Shown piece after piece: positions 8,187-17,520 of a stretch of DNA of 32,000 nt. The notes beneath the pieces were generated by a model. The model ran no database searches and was not told where the DNA came from. It saw only the letters and a program-made list of their open reading frames with translations. The stretch comes from Haloquadratum walsbyi C23. Its GTDB lineage: Archaea > Halobacteriota > Halobacteria > Halobacteriales > Haloferacaceae. Every line of letters starts with the position of its first letter. Within the stretch, counting starts at the first letter, position 1. The stretch covers positions 1,050,001 to 1,082,000 of the forward strand of contig NC_017459.1 in the NCBI RefSeq assembly GCF_000237865.1, read 5' to 3'. The position numbers and the translations under genes were made by a program.

Positions 8187-9850
8187 CTGGTGTGGACAAC
8201 GGTGATGATCACAATCATGAGCAAGGCAGAGACAGTCCGAAAGACACTGACACGTACTTAGAGAACAACGCAGACAATCATAATCAGGGTCAAATAAATG
8301 ATACAACAGTATCAACAAACGCGGAACAACATCTGACGAGGACTGACTCAAGTGATATTGCGCCTTCTGAAGATCATACGGATTTTACAATGCAGTCTGG
8401 AAACAGCATTTCAACCAATAACTACTGGATAGTGAGCACACTCGCCCCTATTGGTGTGTTTCTTGCGACAATGCTCGACCGGGCGGGCATCATCAATCAG
8501 AACCGACTCCGAGCAACGGTCAATCTTGCATGGCCGCGCATCATCACCGGATTTGCGATTATGTCAAAACGAACAGTTGATCTTGCTATTGTCGGGATTG
8601 CTGTTGGCACGGATGCAGTCGCCGGCTTAACAGTTGCAAATGCCTTCTGGATGGTCGCGAAATTCGTCTTTATCGGTCTTGCAGGTGGGACGCTTTCATT
8701 GGTGTCACAGAATTATGGTGGGGATCGAGCAGACCGTGCAACGACTGTCGTATATATTAGTTTTATTATTGCGATTGGAATTGGTGTCATTATTGTCCCG
8801 GTGTTTGTTGTAGCTGCTACAGACCTCATTGCACTCGTCGAGGGAAATCCGGCTGTAGTCTCACTTGGAGCAGCGTATCTTGCTGTCGTTGCCCCCGGTC
8901 TCTTGTTTGAGGGGATCAATATGATTGGGTCTCGGACATATGCTGGCGTCGGTGATACAGTGACACCAATGTTGTTTCGTGCGACTGGCGGTGTATTGAA
9001 TATCATTCTGAGTGCTGTGTTAGTCTTTGGGACTGGGTTAGGGGTCGTTGGAGCAGCACTTGGGACAACAATCGCAACCGCCGTTGTTGCAGTTGCATTT
9101 GGATGGGGGTTGACAGGACGAAACGATGATAGCTGGACTGCCTGTCCAATCTCACTCGATCAGACAGCATCACTAGAGTGGGACCTCACCCGGGAAGTTA
9201 TTGAAGTCTCAACACCGCTCATTGCTCGCCGAGTTGCACAAGGGATGGTTGTCTTCCCACTACTTGCAATTGCATCCACATTTGGTCCTGTTACAGTAGC
9301 AGCCGTTGGTGTTGCTCGTCAAATCCGGGAGCTCTTGAATAGCTTCACTTGGGGCTTCTCAATAGCCTCCTCAACACTTGTCGGGCAGGCACTCGGTGGT
9401 GGAAATGAATCACTTGCGACAGATTACGGTCGGGAAATCACTCTGTTATCATTCATTATCTATCTTGGAGCAACAACTATTGTCATTGCACTTGCCCGCC
9501 CAATTGCGAATGTGTTCGTTGGTGTGGATGCTGTTGCACTGACAGCAACATTTGTTAGTATTGCTGCCTTCAGTGCAATTGCAACTGGAATCGATGGATC
9601 CGTCACAGGTGCACTTCGTGGTGCTGGCGACACACGCATCCCCTTTGTGACGACACTTATCGGGCTTTATGTTGTTGCATTACCAATTGCATGGATTGGG
9701 ACCGTCACATCACTCGGAGCGACAGCACTCCTTGGTGCTCTTCTCGCTGAGAAGGTCATTCCGATGATACTTAATGGTGCTCGATTTCGCACTGGAACGT
9801 GGAAGCGAATCAGTCGATCATACCGACCTGGTCCAGACCCCAGTGATTAA
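8183..9850 (+). CDS. MATE-family efflux transporter
   Basis: 12-TM-like profile with LAWPRI...ALVGQ-type MATE repeats. The first ~70 residues (His/Asp/Asn-rich) may be untranslated. Alternative ATG starts lie at 8390 (MQSGNS) and 8471 (MLDRAG). Confidence 0.85.
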   Translation: MTGVDNGDDHNHEQGRDSPKDTDTYLENNADNHNQGQINDTTVSTNAEQHLTRTDSSDIAPSEDHTDFTMQSGNSISTNNYWIVSTLAPIGVFLATMLDRAGIINQNRLRATVNLAWPRIITGFAIMSKRTVDLAIVGIAVGTDAVAGLTVANAFWMVAKFVFIGLAGGTLSLVSQNYGGDRADRATTVVYISFIIAIGIGVIIVPVFVVAATDLIALVEGNPAVVSLGAAYLAVVAPGLLFEGINMIGSRTYAGVGDTVTPMLFRATGGVLNIILSAVLVFGTGLGVVGAALGTTIATAVVAVAFGWGLTGRNDDSWTACPISLDQTASLEWDLTREVIEVSTPLIARRVAQGMVVFPLLAIASTFGPVTVAAVGVARQIRELLNSFTWGFSIASSTLVGQALGGGNESLATDYGREITLLSFIIYLGATTIVIALARPIANVFVGVDAVALTATFVSIAAFSAIATGIDGSVTGALRGAGDTRIPFVTTLIGLYVVALPIAWIGTVTSLGATALLGALLAEKVIPMILNGARFRTGTWKRISRSYRPGPDPSD

Positions 9851-9899
9851 ATTATCATAAGTGAACCCAGGTCATCATATCGTATTCGCTCACTATCGA

Positions 9900-12446
9900 T
9901 CAGATAGCCGCTAACACATCATTCAGAATAAGTTTGCCCGTTGCTCTATCTAATGGATCATTATTATTCCCACAGTCTTCACTCATGATACACAGTGGAC
10001 ATCCGCGACGCCGGTCACATCGACACTGAGCGATATGATCACGCGTTCGTTCAGTGAGTGTTTCAAAATGTTCATAAATAGCTCGAGTAAATCCAATCCC
10101 CCCGTCGATGCCATCATGAATAAACCATACAGGACCTGAAACTGTCTCATGTGGATGATTCAATGTCGAAAGACCACCAATATCATTATTGTCAACAAGT
10201 AACTCAAGTGGTGCAAGTTGAATCAGTCCATGCTCAGCAGCGTGGATTCCCCCACCATATGTATACTGCGCTGCTTCATCAGGCACGCGTGTGTCGCCGC
10301 TTGAGCGAGCAGTTGGCGATAACAGTGGGACATCGAGTCGATCGATCGTTGAGGCAACGTGATTAGGTGGTAATGACACCCACATCAACTCAGTGTTAAG
10401 TTCCATTGGTGGCGATTGAGTTGGAAGCGGACCGCGAACAACCTCACCGGTGCTAATCTGTCGAACAAGATATTGATCATATGTTATTTTGACCGTTCCC
10501 CGACCAAAGTATCGGTCATATGCACCTGCAAGCGAGTGATGCTCCTGTGCATGAAGCTCCGTAATTTGTTTCGTAGAAAGCGTCTGTGTATACTTCCCCG
10601 TGTTTGTCTGCTTTACAAGGATTCGAGGTTGCGAGCTTTCATCATCAACATTGACAACCTCATATTGCTGCCCGGCATGTAAGAATAGTGCTCCCTCATG
10701 ATAATCCCGATATGCACGCTCAGCGGCGACTGGGTCATGATCAATCTGTGCGTCAGTATCGATGCAAATGACCGCAAACTCGCGTCCACTGGTGTTATAT
10801 AATGAGAGTCTCCCCTGCGGACGGGGATCACCGGCATATCCAACACCGGTGCCATCAAGTCGACCGGTCTGCTCAAGTACCCCTGCGTCCTGCCACATCT
10901 GCACAGTCTCACGAAGACGCGTTTCTGAGCCAAGCAGACCTGCATCTGCATCTGAGAGCGGGCGCTCATCAGCTGCTGCAAGTAAGTGATCTGCGTATAC
11001 TGGCTCATTATCGACAGAAACAACCGCATCTTCAACAGTCTCATTAAAGAGATATGATGGATGATCGAAGATATATGCGTCAATCGCATCATCGCCACCA
11101 ACAAGCACTGAAAGAGCATCTGTTGTCCCTCGACCTGCTCGACCAATTTGTTGCCAAAAACTTTGTTTTGTGCCAGGGTATCCGGCTGTGACTGTCGCAT
11201 CAACAGAGCCGATATCGATGCCAAGTTCAAGTGCATTGGTCGTTGCAACTGCATCAAGTCGACCATCTTTCAGCCCATTCTCAACGCGACGACGAAGTCG
11301 CTTTCCAAGTCCAGCATGGTATGGCTCAACAGCCAGATTGTCACTTGAGCGTGCTGTATCAAGCGTTTGTTTCGCCGCAATCTCAGTTCCCTGTCGAGCC
11401 GAACAAAACTGCAGTGTCTGTGTATTATGACTGGCAAGGTGTGCAGTCACTTGAGCAGCCTCAGAGCCAGTTGATTGACGAGCACGTTCAAATTCCGCTG
11501 CAGGGTCGGACTCACTGGCGCCAGATTTTGTCGATCCGGCTTGGTCCGTAGCCCCTGTATGTTTCTCATCATCATCGTCAGTTATCTGATCCCAATCCAC
11601 CGGCGGTTCCCAAAGGACGATATCCCGACTTCCTCTGGGGGAGCCATCTTCATCGATAACAGTGAATAACTCTCCAGTCAAGCGTCGGGCATGATCAGCT
11701 GGATTGCCAATTGTCGCTGTTGTTAATACAAACTGCGGATTGGCATCGTATGCACGGACAATCCGACGGAGCCGACGAAGAATCCAAGCGACATGTGTCC
11801 CGGTGACACCAGCGTACTCATGTGCTTCATCAACGACGATAAGATCAAGATTCGCATAGAATCGACGCCATCCACTATCACGGTTATGACGCGGAAGGTA
11901 GACGTTCAATCCTGCAGGATTGGTGAGAATAACGTCTGCACTTTCACGAATCTCGCGCTTACGATCCGTCGGTGTATCACCGTCGTACACGCCAATCTTC
12001 ACATCAAGCCCCCAGTCATCACGAAGTTTATTATTAAGTTCCCTTTCTTGATCGCGTGTGAGAGCCTTCATTGGATAGAGACATAACGCGGTCGTCTCAG
12101 GATTATATAGATGCATTCGAGCAATTTGAAGCGCATATACCCACGTTTTTCCAGATGACGTCGACGTTGTGACGACAACATTCTCATCATCTGCAAGTGC
12201 AGCAAGCGCTGTTGCTTGATGTTCAAATAGCTCATTTGAAATCCGTTCTGTCAGTGACTCTGGTAGGACTGCTTCCGCTGGCGTGGTCTGTGCTGGCTTC
12301 TGCGTAAGATGATGTGTCTCAACGATCTGCCCGTCATACTTAGGGAATGATTCTGAAAGCGTCTCCTCAGAGAGGACAGAGGAATGATACTCCTGCGATC
12401 TTGGCGTATCATCATCAGACTGAGTTGATTCTATATTATTTGACAT
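9900..12446 (-). CDS. SF2 DEAD/DEAH helicase with a C-terminal DUF1998/MrfA-type Cys-cluster module (COG1205; MrfA/YprA-like)
   Basis: 848 aa. Walker A TSTSSGKT, VVDEAHEY, TTATIGN, QQIGRAGR, and C-terminal CRCDRRRGCPLCIMSEDCGNNN. Confidence 0.9.
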   Translation of the reverse strand: MSNNIESTQSDDDTPRSQEYHSSVLSEETLSESFPKYDGQIVETHHLTQKPAQTTPAEAVLPESLTERISNELFEHQATALAALADDENVVVTTSTSSGKTWVYALQIARMHLYNPETTALCLYPMKALTRDQERELNNKLRDDWGLDVKIGVYDGDTPTDRKREIRESADVILTNPAGLNVYLPRHNRDSGWRRFYANLDLIVVDEAHEYAGVTGTHVAWILRRLRRIVRAYDANPQFVLTTATIGNPADHARRLTGELFTVIDEDGSPRGSRDIVLWEPPVDWDQITDDDDEKHTGATDQAGSTKSGASESDPAAEFERARQSTGSEAAQVTAHLASHNTQTLQFCSARQGTEIAAKQTLDTARSSDNLAVEPYHAGLGKRLRRRVENGLKDGRLDAVATTNALELGIDIGSVDATVTAGYPGTKQSFWQQIGRAGRGTTDALSVLVGGDDAIDAYIFDHPSYLFNETVEDAVVSVDNEPVYADHLLAAADERPLSDADAGLLGSETRLRETVQMWQDAGVLEQTGRLDGTGVGYAGDPRPQGRLSLYNTSGREFAVICIDTDAQIDHDPVAAERAYRDYHEGALFLHAGQQYEVVNVDDESSQPRILVKQTNTGKYTQTLSTKQITELHAQEHHSLAGAYDRYFGRGTVKITYDQYLVRQISTGEVVRGPLPTQSPPMELNTELMWVSLPPNHVASTIDRLDVPLLSPTARSSGDTRVPDEAAQYTYGGGIHAAEHGLIQLAPLELLVDNNDIGGLSTLNHPHETVSGPVWFIHDGIDGGIGFTRAIYEHFETLTERTRDHIAQCRCDRRRGCPLCIMSEDCGNNNDPLDRATGKLILNDVLAAI

Positions 12447-12566
12447 TGAGTCCTAAAGACGATATTGATTGGTCATCTCTGAGAGCTGCGATACATTTGG
12501 TCATAATCGATTGATTATGAGATTGAGACTGTCCACCGTTATTGATAGTCGTATTTATGTTTCTTT

Positions 12567-14135
12567 TCATAAGCCAAAGTCTGATAATGACCCCTGTGAT
12601 GTTGACGTTGATGAGTCTGATTTCGATTTTAGTGGTGCGTTCTTTGTTTGTGTCTGGTGTGCATCAGTCAACGCTTCATATATGCGCGCAAGCGCACGAA
12701 CATCATCCTCACAGTACGCCTCCAAGCGATTCCAGGGTGGTTGTGAAACTGTCTGTGGATTATCAGCAGTGTTCATACGCTCACGCCAATCAACGTATAG
12801 TTCAGCAACGCGTCGTCCGTTGATTCCCTGTGTTGTTGGCTTCCATCCAAGCGCCGTCGCGACATGTTCGAGTTTATTTGTCCGTCCAGGAAATTCAGCA
12901 TTTCCCTGTGTTCTTCCCCAATAAAGTGGGTCAAATGTGTATCGGTTTTCCCAGTCATCAAGATACGATGGGCAGTGTGTCTGCAACTGATCATGAATAA
13001 CGTCAAAATCAAACCCATATCCATTCCAAGCAACAACAGGTCGTCGACGGGCACTCCCGGTCAGCCATGTCATGAATGCCTCAAGATGTGCACTCGGAGC
13101 ATTGAGGTCGGGCTGTCGAAATGCGAGATAATTGCCTGATGACGCCGATCCATCAAGAACGCCAATAAGCCATGCTGTTGATGCTGCAAGACCGTCTGTC
13201 TCGATATCAATAAAGACCGGATCTCCTGTCGGGAGTGATCCATCACCGGTCGATACAATTATTTCATCAGCGACAGCTCTGGCTGATGCGTGGATTTGTT
13301 GTGCTGTATTGGTGCCGATACTGGGGACTGCTGTAAGTTCATGTGGTGATGCTGTAGCAACGGCTGATCGGGTTTCAAATCCCGCTGTTCGGAGGTGATT
13401 GGCACGTGTCTCGCTAACGCCAGTTATGCCTCGGAGTCCGAATCGATCTGGGGATATTGTGTTAGTGGTCACTGCTCCATTCGGGAATACCGAGGTAACC
13501 GTCAGTGGTTGTGTCGAATCATCGATGGCAACACCAAGGCGTGCGCGTGAAGTACCGATACCAGCGACTGATATCTGATGACCGTCCGGAACTGTTACAT
13601 CACGATTATATGATGATCGAAGTCTAGTCGAAAGATGTGAGATATCAACACCCGCCTCCGCTTCAAGTGAATGATCCGTAATCCAAGCTGAATCGACGGT
13701 AGTGATATACTCCTCCAATCCATCAAGTTGCGTTTGTCGAGCGTGTGGGTCAATATACAATGAGAGCGTATCAGTCACAACATAGCCATGACTCGTTTCA
13801 ATGAGCGACATTGGATCATCCGGCAGTGAATCAATTGACGGGGAAACAACAATCGTCACACTGCCATTTGCTGTTTCGACTGTCTGTGGAAGCATCCCGC
13901 GACCAGGTTGATATATAGGAACATCGATACTGCCAGTCAGCGCTGGAATAACGACACCAGCATCAGGGTCTGCCGGAATAATTATATCTGGCTTGACTGC
14001 AGCGACTGCATCAGAAACAACATCAACCGGATCAAACTCCCGAATGACGCTCCCAGGAACTGTCAGCAGTGTACCGGAGGCAGCATCGGAATCTGGAAGA
14101 CGCGTTGACGGGATTGAACTCACGGTCACAATCAA
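12567..14135 (-). CDS. HhH + RNase-H-fold (YprB/MrfB-like, COG3359) predicted 3'-5' exonuclease with an unassigned ~290-aa N-terminal region
   Basis: 522 aa. Tandem HhH GITGVSETRANHLRTAGF...VPSIGTNTAQQI, then VFIDIETDGL, AWNGYGFDFDV and EAYCEDDVRAL, which are DEDD-type acidic motifs. Confidence 0.75.
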   Translation of the reverse strand: MIVTVSSIPSTRLPDSDAASGTLLTVPGSVIREFDPVDVVSDAVAAVKPDIIIPADPDAGVVIPALTGSIDVPIYQPGRGMLPQTVETANGSVTIVVSPSIDSLPDDPMSLIETSHGYVVTDTLSLYIDPHARQTQLDGLEEYITTVDSAWITDHSLEAEAGVDISHLSTRLRSSYNRDVTVPDGHQISVAGIGTSRARLGVAIDDSTQPLTVTSVFPNGAVTTNTISPDRFGLRGITGVSETRANHLRTAGFETRSAVATASPHELTAVPSIGTNTAQQIHASARAVADEIIVSTGDGSLPTGDPVFIDIETDGLAASTAWLIGVLDGSASSGNYLAFRQPDLNAPSAHLEAFMTWLTGSARRRPVVAWNGYGFDFDVIHDQLQTHCPSYLDDWENRYTFDPLYWGRTQGNAEFPGRTNKLEHVATALGWKPTTQGINGRRVAELYVDWRERMNTADNPQTVSQPPWNRLEAYCEDDVRALARIYEALTDAHQTQTKNAPLKSKSDSSTSTSQGSLSDFGL

Positions 14136-14195
14136 TTGTTATTGGGATGTCTGTCGTCTTGAACGTTCGTCTGCTATATCTCATATGCTTCTGAT

Positions 14196-14277
14196 TCTAC
14201 AGATAGCAAGGCGAGTACCTCGGGACTTTGATACTGATATGACCCCGAAGCGGTTCACCGTATTTCTTCCTCGATAG
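14196..14277 (+). repeat. Solo right-end-like fragment of the panhandle element family
   Basis: GGGACTTTGATACTGATATGACCCCGAAGCGGTTCACCGTATTTCTTCCTCGATAG aligns with the type-1 right end GGGACTTATAGGTAAGAGACAAGCCTGAACACGCGGGTACTCTCCTTGCATTCTATAG. About 57 nt also match 21121-21177. Confidence 0.5.
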
Positions 14278-14531
14278 TACAAACACCGGTACTGCTCAAT
14301 GATGAGGACGGGAGGTTGACGCCTGCGCTCGACTCAAATTAAAGATAAGCTTCATCGGAGTTTTTCAAACAAATATGCAGTGGGGACGCACCGGAAACAT
14401 ATATACTATTTCACAGGGTGACACCGTGAGTCGCTTGCAAACAAACTTTGCAGTTTTATCTGCATATTAATCCAACTCAATATTTATTATTTGACAGAAA
14501 GGCAATTACCAGACCAGCAGTGAGTAGACAT

Positions 14532-14882
14532 ATGCAGGAGCCTACGCCAACCACTGGATGGCCTGATAACCCACTTTCGGTCACAACCGCTGAAGAATTA
14601 TTACACGACATTACCGATGCAATCGCAGTTTGGGTGATGGATCATGCTGATTCGGTCCGTCAGATCGCAATTCCCGACGCTCAGCCCGATGCAATCATCG
14701 ATATTGTGGTTGAAACTACCACTGGATTTGATATGTATAGTTATACCGATGGTCAGTGGATGGATTATGGGACTCAACGAAAAGATAATGAGTCTGCACC
14801 CTCCATGGCTGGAACGCTCGCCAGTTATCGTATCCTTACTGGAAAATCTGAACTTGATGTTGCAGATGAGAGTGTTGAGTAG
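14532..14882 (+). CDS. Hypothetical small acidic protein
   Basis: 116 aa from the ATG (MQEPTPTTGW). The ORF track starts at an upstream TTG at 14448. Composition is haloarchaeal-like and I recognise no motif. Confidence 0.5.
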   Translation: MQEPTPTTGWPDNPLSVTTAEELLHDITDAIAVWVMDHADSVRQIAIPDAQPDAIIDIVVETTTGFDMYSYTDGQWMDYGTQRKDNESAPSMAGTLASYRILTGKSELDVADESVE

Positions 14883-14984
14883 TGCACTAACGACGAGACA
14901 ACAACAATGATATTGAGAATGAAAGTTTATTATCCAAAGTCGAACGATCAATGTCGTATTCGTGTAACGTGTGGCGTGTGATGC

Positions 14985-16109
14985 GTGATTACTCAAACGT
15001 TTAAAGATCTCGTCAATGCGGTAGTAGAGTCCAAAGCGCGTGCTCGAATCGTTTCAGCAACAGGCCATAATCGGTACGGTATTGACCCTGGGACTATCAA
15101 TCAGCTTCAGGAAACATGGATTGTCGAGGACGCTCCGACAAAACAGCGGCTTGTGATTGATGGAATATTACACCCTGGGCAGATTGTTGATCTTAGTGAT
15201 ACTTTACCATCGGTAACCGTCTGTGATCGCCGTGACATTGTTTTGCGACGCCTATCAGATGACGATAACCAACTCGCAACAATGTCTATCGAACTCCGGC
15301 AATGTCGAATTGACCATCGACGGGCAATGCAACACCAGCGACATGCAGCAACCGATGGTCCTGATCAAAGTGGCCGTGTCAATGAGCTCACTCAACGCAA
15401 ACAGACACTCCGAAATAAGATCGAGACTGCAATAACGGATCAGCAACAGTCGGTGAAAAACGCATACTCCAGTGTTGATGCGCGTATCAGTGTTATAACT
15501 CAAATTGGCACTGAACCCGCAGCAAATGAATTATATTCAAGTATAAACCCTAATATTAACTCTGAAATAACAGCGATACTGCGACCGGCGACACCTATGA
15601 CGACTGTTACAACAATCGGTTCTCATGAAGTGGCAGTGACGCGCGTAACACCATTCATCACCGATATCCCACCATGGTATGAACGTGCCATTGCGGGAAC
15701 TCTCAAAATACTCAATCAAGCCGATATTATTGCCATTGCCAAACCTAACAATCATTCTCATACGGATATTGACCCAGAAAATAATACCGAGAGGCTACTG
15801 ATGAACATCCAACAGCAGTGTAAAGATGATACTGAAATACTTCTATGGGCAGGTAAGTCGAATACTGATCAGGATTCAATTCGGGCAGATATTGCAGCAG
15901 AACTACCAGACACACAAATAACCATTTCGCTTCCATACACAGATGATGCACAAGCAACTGTCTCATGGTTATATGATAATACGACTGTCGAGTCAATCAG
16001 TTATGATAAACGAATCGTGCTTACTGTGCGTGTTGCGGTAACTCAAAATGACGCCGTTCAGCGAGCAGTGACAAGTGTCGACGGCAGTATACATGATGGA
16101 GAGGAATAA
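14985..16109 (+). CDS. HflX-like protein with degenerate G motifs (predicted pseudo-GTPase)
   Basis: 374 aa from a GTG start. The layout is collinear with HflX: an N-domain (VIDGILHPGQIVDLSDTLPSVTVCDRRDIVLRRL), a helical linker, a G-domain-like core and a C-terminal block (LPYTDDAQATVSWLYDNTTVESISY). G1, G3 and G4 read IGTEPAAN, TRVTP and GKSN. Confidence 0.6.
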   Translation: MITQTFKDLVNAVVESKARARIVSATGHNRYGIDPGTINQLQETWIVEDAPTKQRLVIDGILHPGQIVDLSDTLPSVTVCDRRDIVLRRLSDDDNQLATMSIELRQCRIDHRRAMQHQRHAATDGPDQSGRVNELTQRKQTLRNKIETAITDQQQSVKNAYSSVDARISVITQIGTEPAANELYSSINPNINSEITAILRPATPMTTVTTIGSHEVAVTRVTPFITDIPPWYERAIAGTLKILNQADIIAIAKPNNHSHTDIDPENNTERLLMNIQQQCKDDTEILLWAGKSNTDQDSIRADIAAELPDTQITISLPYTDDAQATVSWLYDNTTVESISYDKRIVLTVRVAVTQNDAVQRAVTSVDGSIHDGEE

Positions 16110-16233
16110 TACGAGCAGCAAACAAATTACTCTATTTTGATAAATCACTGAACAAATGTGTGATAAGAACATATGCCAACCGTTCTACCGCGAGAAGGAC
16201 TATCAGTGGTGCACACATACGGTTTAGATAAGA

Positions 16234-17355
16234 ATGACCGACTCAAAGATAGGGCGTCGACGGCTGCTCGGTCTCACTGGAGCGGCAGTACTTGGGGGGC
16301 TTGCAGGGTGTAATACACAAACTCAGTCTCAATCTAATACACAGACGGGCTCTACATCAATGTCAGGTGATCTCTCAGCAGAGACGAATCTGAGAGAGCA
16401 AGATACGGCGGATACAGCAACAAATCCATACGGCGAGGTATATCGTGACACGATCGATTCGGTTGTGCTGGTGCAACCTGAAGGTCCACGTGCACGTGGT
16501 CAGGGAACTGGATTTCTATATGATTCGAACCACGTAATAACAAACGCGCACGTCACTGGCGAAGCGACCACAGCCGATATTCGTTTCTCACAGGGAGAGT
16601 GGCGAACCGGGTCAGTTGTCGGGACAGACCCACACAGTGACCTTGCGGCGATTGCTATTGACTCACCCCCCGAATCGGTGTCTCCGATCCCGTTTATTCC
16701 CGGTCCAGCAACAATTGGACAGAGAGTTGTCGCGATTGGTAATCCATTTAATCTCAGCGGAACAGTAACATCGGGAATTGTTAGTGGTGTAAACCGATCA
16801 ATCCCGGCACCGACAGGATTCACAATTCCTGATGCAATCCAAACTGACGCTGCGGTCAATCCTGGCAATAGTGGCGGACCGCTCATGTCACTTGATGGGC
16901 AAGTCGTTGCAGTCATCAACTCTGGCGGTGGCGATAATATTGCATTCGGCATCTCAGCAGCGCTCACACAACGAGTTATTCCTCGGTTAATCGAAACTGG
17001 TGATTTTAATCATTCATACATTGGCGTTCGATTTGAATCAGTCACCCCGGAGATTGCCCGTGCGAACGGACTAAAAACTCCACGTGGACTGCTTATCGTT
17101 GATGTTATCGATGGAGCACCAGCAGATGGTATTTTACAATCAAGTGATAGACAACAAATCGTTGATGGAACTCGAGTTCGAGTTGGTGGTGATGTTATTC
17201 TCGGAGTCGGGGGACAAAAAATACTCACGACAGAAGATCTTGGAAGTTACCTTGCATTACAAACAAATCCCGGTGAGACAGTGCCGATTACTGTTCTCCG
17301 AAACGGTCAAAGACAGACATTAACAATTGAACTCGGTCAGCGCCCAGAACAATAA
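16234..17355 (+). CDS. HtrA/DegP-family serine protease (trypsin fold + PDZ), Tat-lipoprotein signal
   Basis: GRRRLLGLTGAAVLGGLAGC (twin-Arg plus lipobox). Catalytic triad context TNAHV, HSDLAAI and GNSGGPL. A C-terminal PDZ-like segment is present. Confidence 0.9.
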   Translation: MTDSKIGRRRLLGLTGAAVLGGLAGCNTQTQSQSNTQTGSTSMSGDLSAETNLREQDTADTATNPYGEVYRDTIDSVVLVQPEGPRARGQGTGFLYDSNHVITNAHVTGEATTADIRFSQGEWRTGSVVGTDPHSDLAAIAIDSPPESVSPIPFIPGPATIGQRVVAIGNPFNLSGTVTSGIVSGVNRSIPAPTGFTIPDAIQTDAAVNPGNSGGPLMSLDGQVVAVINSGGGDNIAFGISAALTQRVIPRLIETGDFNHSYIGVRFESVTPEIARANGLKTPRGLLIVDVIDGAPADGILQSSDRQQIVDGTRVRVGGDVILGVGGQKILTTEDLGSYLALQTNPGETVPITVLRNGQRQTLTIELGQRPEQ

Positions 17356-17520
17356 TTACCCTGTGATATTCAACTGTGGTACTCAATCAAATCAATAATC
17401 GCATGAACATATACGGTCACTAGAAACGGGGTTATACAGCGTTATATAAAAGGAATGTTCAGCTTCGCTGACTGTTATTCCGTTTGTCCATTACTCTGAG
17501 AGCTATTCTATGATGCTTTA

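Noticed and set aside
8183-8389. His/Asp/Asn-rich 70-residue leader on the MATE transporter as a metal-binding domain
   Set aside because: It depends on a GTG start that overlaps the previous stop. In-frame ATGs at 8390 and 8471 give a normal MATE N-terminus, so this may simply be untranslated sequence.
10613-11266. 217-aa alternative-frame ORF inside the helicase gene, along with many 60-120-aa ORFs inside other genes
   Set aside because: They are nested within, or antisense to, strongly supported genes. They have no motifs and an atypical composition.
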